From the NCBI GenBank assembly GCA_036561085.1, contig DATBPY010000023.1, positions 8,367-72,366 on the forward strand: a stretch of DNA of 64,000 bases, written 5' to 3'. Under the pieces are notes generated by a model that was not told where the DNA came from, did not search any database, and saw only the letters and a list, made by a program, of their open reading frames with translations. Of this stretch, positions 52,454 through 61,077 are shown one piece after another. The first letter of the stretch is position 1. Each line of letters begins with the position of its first letter. Both the position numbers and the translations under genes were made by a program. The stretch comes from Methylophilaceae bacterium (GTDB taxonomy: Bacteria > Pseudomonadota > Gammaproteobacteria > Burkholderiales > Methylophilaceae).

Positions 52454-53386
52454 TTGTATCGTTCGCTTGCACTGATGCTGTTTCACGCCTCGCTCTATAG
52501 CACGTTTTTTTTCTCGCTCATCGCGGCGGCCGAGCCGTTGCCGGTTACGGAAGTTGCCCCCGGTGTTTTTGTACATCAAGGCGTGCATGAAGAGTTGACC
52601 GAAGGTTATCACGGCGACATCGCCAACATCGGTTTTGTGGTGGGTAAAACTGCCGTGGCGGTAATTGATACCGGCGGCACACTGGAAGTCGGTAAGCGCT
52701 TGCGCGAAGCGGTACGTCAAGTCACCGATCTACCTATTGCCTATGTCATCAACACGCATGTTCACCCGGACCATATTTACGGTGACGCAGCATTTTTGCA
52801 AGATCATCCGCAGTTCGTAGGACATTTCAAACTGGCCGATGCGTTGGAGTTGCGTCGGGATATGTACCAGAGAAATAACCTAGAAGTATTGGGAGCTGCT
52901 TTTGCCGGTAGTGAGATAGTAAAGCCCACATTGTTAGTTAAGGATACACGGGAGCTTGATCTGGGTAACCGTGTTCTGCAACTCAAGGCATGGTCGCCCG
53001 CGCATACCAATACGGATCTGACGGTGTTTGATACCGCCAGCCAGACTTTATGGACAGGCGATCTGTTGTTCATTGAGCGAACTCCTGCCATGGATGGAGA
53101 TACCCGCAATTGGCTCAAACTCATCCCATTACTCAAAGCGATCCCCGCGAAAATGGTTATTCCTGGACATGGCAGACCCACTGCGCAAGGACAACAGGCT
53201 TTCGATCGCGAGCAACATTATTTTGAGGTGATACTGGCCGACATTCGTGCCAGCATCAAAAAAGGTGAGACCATGGAAAGCACCATGGATCATGCGGCCG
53301 CCAGTGAAAAAGATTCCTGGGTACTATTTTCTACCGTCAATCGTCGTAATATCAACTTACTGTATCCGCAGCTGGAATGGGAGTGA
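52454..53386 (+). CDS. periplasmic metallo-beta-lactamase-fold hydrolase (quinoprotein-relay-type / SoxH-like)
   Basis: Signal peptide and zinc motif 'NTHVHPDHIYGD', with later 'PAHTNTD' and 'PGHG'. TTG start with AGAGG upstream. Confidence 0.8.
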   Translation: MYRSLALMLFHASLYSTFFFSLIAAAEPLPVTEVAPGVFVHQGVHEELTEGYHGDIANIGFVVGKTAVAVIDTGGTLEVGKRLREAVRQVTDLPIAYVINTHVHPDHIYGDAAFLQDHPQFVGHFKLADALELRRDMYQRNNLEVLGAAFAGSEIVKPTLLVKDTRELDLGNRVLQLKAWSPAHTNTDLTVFDTASQTLWTGDLLFIERTPAMDGDTRNWLKLIPLLKAIPAKMVIPGHGRPTAQGQQAFDREQHYFEVILADIRASIKKGETMESTMDHAAASEKDSWVLFSTVNRRNINLLYPQLEWE

Positions 53387-53443
53387 CAAGGTTGATCTAA
53401 GCACGTGATTGTTACTGCTATAATCCCAGCCTTTCAATGTTTT

Positions 53444-54220
53444 ATGTCGCGCAACATGGCGCATCCTACCCATTCCATTCACCCAAATAATGACCTGCTG
53501 CTGTGGGCATTGGTATTGTCTATCGGCCTGCATAGCGCAGCACTGGGATTGTTGCCTGGGTTCAGTTTTAGCCATCCTATAAACAGGATAGAACCGTTGA
53601 CGGTGGAGTTGCAACAACTGCCGCCCCCTCCAGCAGTAGAGCCGGAAAAACCGAAACCACCTGAGCCGCCAAAACCGCAACCCAAACCCAGGCAGGAGAA
53701 ATTACCGCCTAAAGTGGTGCCGCAACCGGTGACGCCTCCCTCCGCTCCTGCCGTGGTGCCGCAGCATAATGAACCTCCTCCACCTGTTGTCACGTCAGAG
53801 CCTCCTAAGGCTGCGCCATCGCCCGCTGTAATTGTGGAGCAGAAACCTGTTGAATCGCACCCGGCAATTACTGTGCCTGTGGCGACACCGAGCGCTCCCG
53901 CACCCGATGAAGACACTTTGGGTGAAGTAAGAGCTGCTTATGGCCGGTTGTTAAATAGCGAATTCTCCAAACACACCAGATACCCTCCTGTAGCAGCACT
54001 GAAAGGCTGGGAAGGGAAAGTACACATCAAGCTACAGATCGATAAAGATGGAAATGTGATTGGAACGCCTGAAGTCACTGAAGGTAGCGGTTACAAAATG
54101 CTCGATGACGACGCAGTCAAGACCATACTGAAATGTTCCCCACTGCCTTTGCCTCCTGCAGCATTGTTTACCAAGCCGGTATTTATCAATACCATTATTG
54201 ACTATCATAAACAGCGATGA
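53444..54220 (+). CDS. tonB: energy transducer TonB
   Basis: TM anchor with 'LHSAAL', a long Pro-rich spacer (EPEKPKPPEPPKPQPKP...) and a C-terminal 'GSGYKMLDDDAVKTI' domain. Confidence 0.75.
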   Translation: MSRNMAHPTHSIHPNNDLLLWALVLSIGLHSAALGLLPGFSFSHPINRIEPLTVELQQLPPPPAVEPEKPKPPEPPKPQPKPRQEKLPPKVVPQPVTPPSAPAVVPQHNEPPPPVVTSEPPKAAPSPAVIVEQKPVESHPAITVPVATPSAPAPDEDTLGEVRAAYGRLLNSEFSKHTRYPPVAALKGWEGKVHIKLQIDKDGNVIGTPEVTEGSGYKMLDDDAVKTILKCSPLPLPPAALFTKPVFINTIIDYHKQR

Positions 54221-54307
54221 ATGGTCTATAACCACTATTCAGTGCTTGCCTTGTTTGCCGTTTTTCACAACAATGAGGGTATTCTTTGATACCGATGTGT
54301 TCATTAC

Positions 54308-54763
54308 ATGCTTAATCAAGTTGTGCCTGATTTCAGTCTGCCCATGACGGGTGGAAATGACTTTCAACTGCATGAGTTTAAAAATAAAAAGCTGGTGATT
54401 TATTTTTATCCTAAAGATGCTACCCCAGGATGTACGACAGAAGGTCAGCAATTTCGCGATCTATATGCACAATTCCAGGCCGCAGATGCAGAGGTATTTG
54501 GCGTCTCGCGCGATTCCATCAAATCTCATGAAGCTTTCAAAGCCAAGCTCGGTTTACCTTTCCAACTGCTGAGCGACGACGAAGAACTGGCATGCCGGCT
54601 GTTCGATGTCATCAGGATGAAGAATATGTATGGTAAACAGGTTAGAGGCATCGAACGCAGCACGTTTTTGATAGACGCGTCCGGTGTGCTCAAACAAGAA
54701 TGGCGCAAAGTAAAGGTAGACGGTCACGCGCTTGCAGTGCTTGAAGCAGTCAAAACTATTTAA
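54308..54763 (+). CDS. bcp: thioredoxin-dependent peroxiredoxin Bcp
   Basis: 'FYPKDATPGCTTE' peroxidatic Cys motif. Confidence 0.9.
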   Translation: MLNQVVPDFSLPMTGGNDFQLHEFKNKKLVIYFYPKDATPGCTTEGQQFRDLYAQFQAADAEVFGVSRDSIKSHEAFKAKLGLPFQLLSDDEELACRLFDVIRMKNMYGKQVRGIERSTFLIDASGVLKQEWRKVKVDGHALAVLEAVKTI

Positions 54764-54788
54764 ACTTTTAGGAACCTCGGATCGATTC

Positions 54789-56186
54789 ATGGCAAAAAAC
54801 CCCAGTGCAACCACAAAATTATTTGTTCTAGATACCAACGTGATGATGCACGATCCCTCCAGTCTATTCAGATTCGAGGAGCATGATGTCTACCTGCCCA
54901 TGGTGACGCTGGAAGAACTGGACAACAGCAAGAAAGGCATGACGGAAGTCGCGCGTAATGCACGTCAGGCCAGCCGCTTTATCGAAGAGGTGATCGGTAC
55001 CAACCTGAACGATCTGGAACTAGGCTTTCCGCTTGCTCAGAACGGCAATAAATTCAGTAGCGGACGTTTATTCCTGCAAACACAACCGGCCACCGAAGAG
55101 CTTCCCATGCTGGCCGGCAGCAAGGCCGATAACCAGATCCTGGGCGTCGTCGCCCAACTGCAAAAGAACTTCCCCCAGCGTCAGGTCATTCTGGTCAGCA
55201 AGGATATCAACATCCGCATCAAAGCACGTGCGATGGGGATCTCTGCCGAAGATTACTTTAACGACAAAGTACTGGAAGATACCGATCTACTCTATACCGG
55301 CGTGAGGGAATTGCCGCGGGATTTTTGGGAGAGCCATAGCAAGGAAATGGAATCCTGGCAGGAATCTGGGCGCATGTTTTACCGCCTGCATGGGCCGCTT
55401 TGCTCTTCATTATTGATCAATCAGTTCGTGTACTACGAGCACGAAGCACCTTTCTATGCCATCGTTTGCAAACAGGAAGGCAACTCGGCTGTACTGGAAG
55501 TATTGAAGGATTATACGCAGCAGAAGCATAACGTATGGGGCATCACTGCACGTAATCGCGAGCAGAGTTTTGCGCTGGATTTGCTAATGAATCCGGAGAT
55601 CGACTTCGTGAGCTTGCTGGGGCAAGCAGGTACCGGCAAGACGTTGCTTACTTTGGCCGCAGCCTTGACGCAGACGCTGGACAAGAAGATCTATAGCGAA
55701 ATCATCATGACGCGGGTCACGGTTCCCATGGGTGAAGATATCGGCTTCCTGCCCGGTACCGAAGAAGAAAAAATGACGCCATGGATGGGCGCATTGGAAG
55801 ATAATCTGGATGTATTGAACAAGACCGATGACGAAGCTGGAGACTGGGGGCGGGCTGCCACTCAGGACCTGATACGGACTCGCATCAAGGTAAAATCGAT
55901 GAACTTTATGCGCGGGCGTACCTTCCTGCACAAGTTCTTGATCATTGATGAAGCACAGAACCTGACTCCCAAACAAATGAAATCGCTGATCACTCGGGCC
56001 GGACCGGGCACCAAGGTGGTCTGCCTCGGCAATATTGCGCAGATCGATACACCCTATCTGACCGAGGGCAGTTCCGGTCTGACCTATGTGGTGGATCGCT
56101 TCAAGGGTTGGCCGCATAACGGACATATCACGCTGACGCGCGGTGAACGTTCGCGCCTGGCCGATTTCGCTGCCGAGGTTCTTTAG
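54789..56186 (+). CDS. PIN-domain + PhoH-like ATPase (YlaK family)
   Basis: N-terminal 'FVLDTNVMMHDP' PIN motif and Walker A 'GQAGTGKTLL'. Start at the internal ATG at 54789. Confidence 0.85.
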   Translation: MAKNPSATTKLFVLDTNVMMHDPSSLFRFEEHDVYLPMVTLEELDNSKKGMTEVARNARQASRFIEEVIGTNLNDLELGFPLAQNGNKFSSGRLFLQTQPATEELPMLAGSKADNQILGVVAQLQKNFPQRQVILVSKDINIRIKARAMGISAEDYFNDKVLEDTDLLYTGVRELPRDFWESHSKEMESWQESGRMFYRLHGPLCSSLLINQFVYYEHEAPFYAIVCKQEGNSAVLEVLKDYTQQKHNVWGITARNREQSFALDLLMNPEIDFVSLLGQAGTGKTLLTLAAALTQTLDKKIYSEIIMTRVTVPMGEDIGFLPGTEEEKMTPWMGALEDNLDVLNKTDDEAGDWGRAATQDLIRTRIKVKSMNFMRGRTFLHKFLIIDEAQNLTPKQMKSLITRAGPGTKVVCLGNIAQIDTPYLTEGSSGLTYVVDRFKGWPHNGHITLTRGERSRLADFAAEVL

Positions 56187-56204
56187 TCGATCTGACTATT
56201 TGAT

Positions 56205-57365
56205 ATGAATCGCGGTTTTTACACTATTTTGTCGGCGCAGTTTTTATCTGCATTGGCTGACAATGCCTTGTTGTTCGCCGCGATTGCCATGCTGGCTGAG
56301 CGGCATGCGCCGAATTGGCATGTGCCGCTATTACAGCAGTTCTTTGTCATTTCCTATATTGTGCTGGCTCCTTTTGTTGGGCCGTTCGCCGATTCCATAC
56401 CCAAAGGCCGCGTTATGTTTATCGCAAACGCGATCAAGTTCATAGGCTGCGCTGCTATGTGGATGGGGTTGCCTCCGCTGTATGCATATAGCATCGTAGG
56501 TTTTGGCGCTGCGGCTTACTCTCCGGCCAAATACGGTATCTTGACGGAATTTCTGCCACAAGAGGACTTGGTAAAAGCGAATGGCTGGATGGAAGGTACC
56601 ACAGTAGGCGCTATTATTCTGGGGGCCATTGTAGGCGGGCATATGGCGAGTATCAGCCCCTATTTCGCATTAGGCATGATTATTTGCCTGTATCTGATTG
56701 CGGCGCTGTTTAACTTATATATTCCCCAGGTAGCGATAGACCATGAGATACCTCAACGCAACTTATTTTATCTGTTGCGGGATTTTTGGCGCTCTTTCGC
56801 CATTTTATGGCGCGACCCACAAGGCCAGGTATCGCTGGCGGTAACTACCTTATTCTGGGGCGTAGGTTCTACCATGCGTCTGGTGATCATCACATGGGCT
56901 GCTGCTGCCTTGCATTTCGGATTGGATCGCGCTACCCAGTTGACGGCAATGGTAGCACTGGGAATCGCTTTCGGTTCGGTATTCGCCGCGCGTTACGTCA
57001 AACTGGAAGACTCGGTGAAAGTATTGCCCGCAGGCATCCTGATGGGGGTATGTGTGATGGCGATGTACTTTATTTCCGACTGGCATTTGGCCGCCATCAA
57101 TCTGTTCATACTTGGTGTGTTGTCGGGATATTTCGTGGTGCCGCTCAATGCCTTGTTGCAGCATCGGGGGCACCATTTGATCGGTGCCGGTCATTCGATT
57201 GCAGTGCAGAATTTCAATGAGAATATCGGCATCCTGCTACTGACAGGACTCTATACCTTGATGGTGAAGATTGAACTGCCCATTCTGTGGATCGTGGTGA
57301 TCTTCGGTGCTTTTGTGAGCCTGATCATGGCAGCCATCAACCGGCACTATCGCAAGACATGCTGA
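56205..57365 (+). CDS. lplT: MFS lysophospholipid transporter LplT-like
   Basis: 386 aa with about 12 TM helices. N-terminus 'FYTILSAQFLSALADNALLFA' resembles LplT. Confidence 0.7.
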   Translation: MNRGFYTILSAQFLSALADNALLFAAIAMLAERHAPNWHVPLLQQFFVISYIVLAPFVGPFADSIPKGRVMFIANAIKFIGCAAMWMGLPPLYAYSIVGFGAAAYSPAKYGILTEFLPQEDLVKANGWMEGTTVGAIILGAIVGGHMASISPYFALGMIICLYLIAALFNLYIPQVAIDHEIPQRNLFYLLRDFWRSFAILWRDPQGQVSLAVTTLFWGVGSTMRLVIITWAAAALHFGLDRATQLTAMVALGIAFGSVFAARYVKLEDSVKVLPAGILMGVCVMAMYFISDWHLAAINLFILGVLSGYFVVPLNALLQHRGHHLIGAGHSIAVQNFNENIGILLLTGLYTLMVKIELPILWIVVIFGAFVSLIMAAINRHYRKTC

Positions 57366-57394
57366 TAGTGCCGATGGATTGTAGTCGAAACAGA

Positions 57395-58750
57395 TTAATG
57401 CAGTTTGACGTGGGGGGAGGCGCGGCGCGTGATGATCTGCGCGATGGTGTCTAAAACCACCTTGGTCAATCCATGCAATGCGAACAAGTGCATTTTGTAT
57501 AGCATGCGATACATAAGCCCGGCAAAACTGCCTTGAATGAACAGTGCTCCACCTGTCAGTCCACCCATTAGATTCCCCACCGTACTATATTTGCCTAGGC
57601 TCACCAAAGAGCCGAAATCGCGATAACTGTACTCTGGTAAGGATTTACCTTTGAGTCTGCGTTTAACGGATTTAAGCAGCATGGAAGCCTGCTGGTGGGC
57701 AGCTTGCGCGCGAGCCGGTACCAGAATGTCTCTGCCTTGAGCGTCTTTTCCCTGAGCAACCCACGGGCATGCAGCGCAATCGCCGAGAGCGAAAATATTA
57801 TCGTCATTAGTGGTCTGTAAGGTGGTTTTGACGACCAACTGATTCGACCAATTGGTCTCCAGACCATCCATGTTTTTCAGGAAATCCGGGGCTTTGATCC
57901 CGGCAGCCCATACGACGAGGCTGGCGGCCACCAAGAGTCCATCTTTGGTATGCACCCCTTCTGCATCTACTTTCGTAACGCGTTGACCCAGCTTTAGCTC
58001 AACATTCAGCTTTTCCAATTGGCGCTGCACTTCCAGCGAGATATCTTCCGGGAGTGCCGGCAGAATCCTCGGTGCAGCCTCGATAATGCTTAATTTCACA
58101 TCCCGGTCAGGATTGATGTTATCCAGCCCGTGCGCAGCCAACTGGCGTGTCGTATTGTGTAATTCAGCCGACAATTCCACTCCGGTTGCGCCGCCGCCAA
58201 TGATGGCCACGTTCAAATGTCCTTGGTGGCTGTCGGTGGGAGCTACTTGAGTACGAATACAAGCGTTGATCAGGCGGCGATGGAAGGTAGCAGCTTCGGC
58301 TTGGGTTTCCAGTGCTACAGCGTATTCCTGAACTCCGGGAATGCCAAAATCGTTGGAAACACTGCCTACTGCAATGATCAGCGTGTCATAGTGAATTTCC
58401 CGTACCGGAATCAACACCTTGCCATCTTCATCATGAGTAGGTGAGAGGGTGATGATCTGTTTGCTCCTATCCAGCTTTTCCAGCGCGCCCAGACGGAAAT
58501 TGAAATGATGCCAGTAACCCTGGGCAATGTATTCAATTTCGTGTTCATCCATATCCATGCTACCCGCCGCTACTTCATGCAGCAGCGGTTTCCACATATG
58601 CGTGGAATATTTATCTACCAGAGTCACCATGGCTTTTCCCCGCTTGCCGAGCTGATCTCCCAAGCGAGTGGCTAATTCCAAACCTCCAGCCCCACCACCT
58701 ACAACTACAACGTGGTGTAATTCTTTTCCAACCTGGTTTACTACAGACAT
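57395..58750 (-). CDS. ndh: type II NADH:quinone oxidoreductase (NDH-2)
   Basis: Two dinucleotide folds, 'VVVGGGAGGLE' and 'IIGGGATGVE'. Confidence 0.9.
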   Translation of the reverse strand: MSVVNQVGKELHHVVVVGGGAGGLELATRLGDQLGKRGKAMVTLVDKYSTHMWKPLLHEVAAGSMDMDEHEIEYIAQGYWHHFNFRLGALEKLDRSKQIITLSPTHDEDGKVLIPVREIHYDTLIIAVGSVSNDFGIPGVQEYAVALETQAEAATFHRRLINACIRTQVAPTDSHQGHLNVAIIGGGATGVELSAELHNTTRQLAAHGLDNINPDRDVKLSIIEAAPRILPALPEDISLEVQRQLEKLNVELKLGQRVTKVDAEGVHTKDGLLVAASLVVWAAGIKAPDFLKNMDGLETNWSNQLVVKTTLQTTNDDNIFALGDCAACPWVAQGKDAQGRDILVPARAQAAHQQASMLLKSVKRRLKGKSLPEYSYRDFGSLVSLGKYSTVGNLMGGLTGGALFIQGSFAGLMYRMLYKMHLFALHGLTKVVLDTIAQIITRRASPHVKLH

Positions 58751-58767
58751 GATGACTCCAAAACTAT

Positions 58768-59295
58768 TTATTCGTTACCCGTGGTTTTGCCGTGGGATCT
58801 AATCCATGCGATTACTTGCAGCACTTCGTCCGGCGTCAGACCATTAGTTGGATCCGTTGGATCCATCAGGCCTTTGCCCTTTGCGCCCATACCGTTATTG
58901 GTGCCATGCCATATGGTTTCGAACATACCCTTGTTAGTGGCGTTCTTCGGGTAGTGGAAATCGGGACCATGCAGGCTGGGGCCCGTTTGCCCTTGTGCAT
59001 CTCCGCCATGACATTGCGTGCAGGAGTATGCCTGGAATAATTTTTTCCCCTTGGCCTCTGCATCTGCATTGCCAACGTAGGGGTCTTTGCCGGTAGAAGC
59101 AAATTCTTTTGCCTGGGGAGTGTCAAACAATTCAGGCTTGATGGCTAAAGCCGAACCATCCTGAGTCGAGACAAAATCCAACATCTTTCCATCACCGCCA
59201 CCCGCAGCAGCTGCTTTATCGCCCCCTTTGTTACCGCAAGCAGTTAGAGCCAAGGCCAGCATGCCAGAAATGACGACCAAATTAATTTTGTTCAT
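58768..59295 (-). CDS. lipoprotein c-type cytochrome (XoxG-like paralogue 2)
   Basis: Lipobox 'LTAC', heme motif 'CTQCHG' and 'GMGAKG' Met-ligand region. GGAGG lies upstream of the ATG at 59295. Confidence 0.75.
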   Translation of the reverse strand: MNKINLVVISGMLALALTACGNKGGDKAAAAGGGDGKMLDFVSTQDGSALAIKPELFDTPQAKEFASTGKDPYVGNADAEAKGKKLFQAYSCTQCHGGDAQGQTGPSLHGPDFHYPKNATNKGMFETIWHGTNNGMGAKGKGLMDPTDPTNGLTPDEVLQVIAWIRSHGKTTGNE

Positions 59296-59345
59296 ACCTA
59301 ACACCTCCCTAAAAAAAGAAGTAATTCTACCTGAAACTGGTGCCA

Positions 59346-59385
59346 TAAAAAAACAAACGGCCATTGCATCATGCAATGGCCGTTT
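59346..59385 (-). terminator. Rho-independent terminator between the two cytochrome c genes
   Basis: 14-bp perfect stem AAACGGCCATTGCA/TGCAATGGCCGTTT with a 3-nt loop. On the minus strand it is followed by GTTTTTTTAT. Confidence 0.85.
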
Positions 59386-59407
59386 ATAGGGTACTGATTA
59401 AACCTGA

Positions 59408-59911
59408 TTATTCGTTGCCGGACGGATGGTTTCCGCCTTCGTTACGAATCCAGGAGATGATCTTCAATACTTCGTCAGGCTTCAAACCATCGGTAGGATC
59501 GGTAGGGTTCATCAGACCTAAGCCTTTAGCACCCATGCCCCCATTGGTGCCGTTCCAGATGGTTTCAAACATACCTTTATTGGTAGCATCTTTTGGATAT
59601 CTGAAGGTAGGGCCTAACAAGCCAGGGCCTACTTGACCTTTAGCTTCAGGTCCGTGGCACTGAGTACAGGAGTAATAGCCGAATCTTTTTTTACCGGCTT
59701 TGATAGCCTCTTCGTTACCGATATAAGGATTCTTGCCGGTTGCCAAGAATTCCTTAGCGGCCGGAGTATCGAATAATTCCGGCGCAATCTTGATTGGCGA
59801 GCCATCGGTTGTGGTTACCAGATCGATCGCCGCAGCCTTCAGGGGCAGTGCTAGTGCAGCGAGTGCGAGCATAGAAACCAAGAAAGTGGTTTTTACTTTA
59901 TTGCCTAACAT
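59408..59911 (-). CDS. xoxG: periplasmic c-type cytochrome (XoxG-like paralogue 1)
   Basis: Signal peptide, 'CTQCHG' and 'GMGAKG'. It follows xoxJ. Confidence 0.8.
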   Translation of the reverse strand: MLGNKVKTTFLVSMLALAALALPLKAAAIDLVTTTDGSPIKIAPELFDTPAAKEFLATGKNPYIGNEEAIKAGKKRFGYYSCTQCHGPEAKGQVGPGLLGPTFRYPKDATNKGMFETIWNGTNGGMGAKGLGLMNPTDPTDGLKPDEVLKIISWIRNEGGNHPSGNE

Positions 59912-59949
59912 GACATCTCCTCTTTGATAATTGTATTCAAGTTGTAATT

Positions 59950-59992
59950 TAAAAAAAATGCACTAGTTCGTACTTGAATAACGAACTAGCGC
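59950..59992 (-). terminator. Rho-independent terminator after xoxJ
   Basis: Minus-strand GCGCTAGTTCG-TTATTCAAGTA-CGAACTAGTGC followed by ATTTTTTTT. Confidence 0.7.
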
Positions 59993-60030
59993 AAATCCCG
60001 TTGACGACAGAATTATGCCAGAAAAAAGCC

Positions 60031-60939
60031 TTATTCTGACTTCGGTATGACATCTCCCTTTGGTTCATCTTTTCTCTTGAATTCCAGCTTGTCGCCTTCA
60101 ACAACAGGTACGTGAGGAACGCCATAGTCATCCAGTATCTTGTTGATTTTATCCACATTGCGATCAAGAGCGCCTTGTATCATCGCCATACGTTCCTTGT
60201 CTTTATGGCGCACACCTATAGAGATATTCCAGTACTCTTTGCCTTTAGGGTTGACTCCCTCATATTCAGGAATAGGTACTACCACCAAAGGTATTTTGGC
60301 ATGTTTAGCGAAATAGCCGCCTATCGGACCCCAATCAATGACAATGTCTGCTTTTCCGGCGACCAAGTCGTCAACCAGATAGCTGGACGGCAAGTTCAAA
60401 TCGCGTTGCATACGATATGGGTGTGCATTTTCCATCAGATCGTGGTCTCTGAGCGGAATGGTCGCAGGGCTTTGCCCGTCGATGGCGATGACGCCTTTGC
60501 GTAGATCAGGAGAATCCCAATCTTTAATGTTGTAACCACTATCCTTGCGATAAATAAATACATGGCCGGAGCGGTAATAAGGTTTCGACGTTCTCATCAT
60601 GTCGTTATCGCTGGTAGTGCTCATGACTACATCGCAACGGTTGGCGTTAAGAGTATTACGGATAAAACCCATGCGGTCAGGCCAGAACTGAAAGGACAGT
60701 TTTTTGCCTAAATCGGCAGCCAATACGGCTGCTATCTTGTTCTCGAAACCTTCTTGTTTGGAGTTGGAGTAAGGCAGAAAGTCTGGATCTGCACATACTT
60801 TGAATTCGGTACCATCATCTACACGCATTGCTTCGCCTGGCCTACCTGAATTCAAGTCAACAGGTATATCGTCGGCGGCATATGCAATGCCTGCCATCGT
60901 TAAGGCAAGAATTAAAAATGTAAGTTTTTTTAGCATCAT
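60031..60939 (-). CDS. xoxJ: MxaJ/XoxJ-type periplasmic binding protein (quinoprotein dehydrogenase-associated)
   Basis: 302 aa with a signal peptide and a type-2 periplasmic-binding fold ('KVCADPDFLPYS'). It lies immediately downstream of xoxF. Confidence 0.8.
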   Translation of the reverse strand: MMLKKLTFLILALTMAGIAYAADDIPVDLNSGRPGEAMRVDDGTEFKVCADPDFLPYSNSKQEGFENKIAAVLAADLGKKLSFQFWPDRMGFIRNTLNANRCDVVMSTTSDNDMMRTSKPYYRSGHVFIYRKDSGYNIKDWDSPDLRKGVIAIDGQSPATIPLRDHDLMENAHPYRMQRDLNLPSSYLVDDLVAGKADIVIDWGPIGGYFAKHAKIPLVVVPIPEYEGVNPKGKEYWNISIGVRHKDKERMAMIQGALDRNVDKINKILDDYGVPHVPVVEGDKLEFKRKDEPKGDVIPKSE

Positions 60940-60991
60940 AATTTCCTAGTTAATTAGTCGTCTCGGGCTCTCAATAGTCTAGCCTGGCAGA

Positions 60992-61021
60992 TAAAAAGCA
61001 CCCCGCCGAGGCGGGGTGCTT
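60992..61021 (-). terminator. Rho-independent terminator after xoxF
   Basis: Minus-strand AGCACCCCGCC-TCG-GCGGGGTGCT followed by TTTTTAT. Confidence 0.85.
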
Positions 61022-61077
61022 ATGTGACACACTAACTAACGGTTAGTTCTGTAAATTTAGAGTCTTACGACTTTAAA

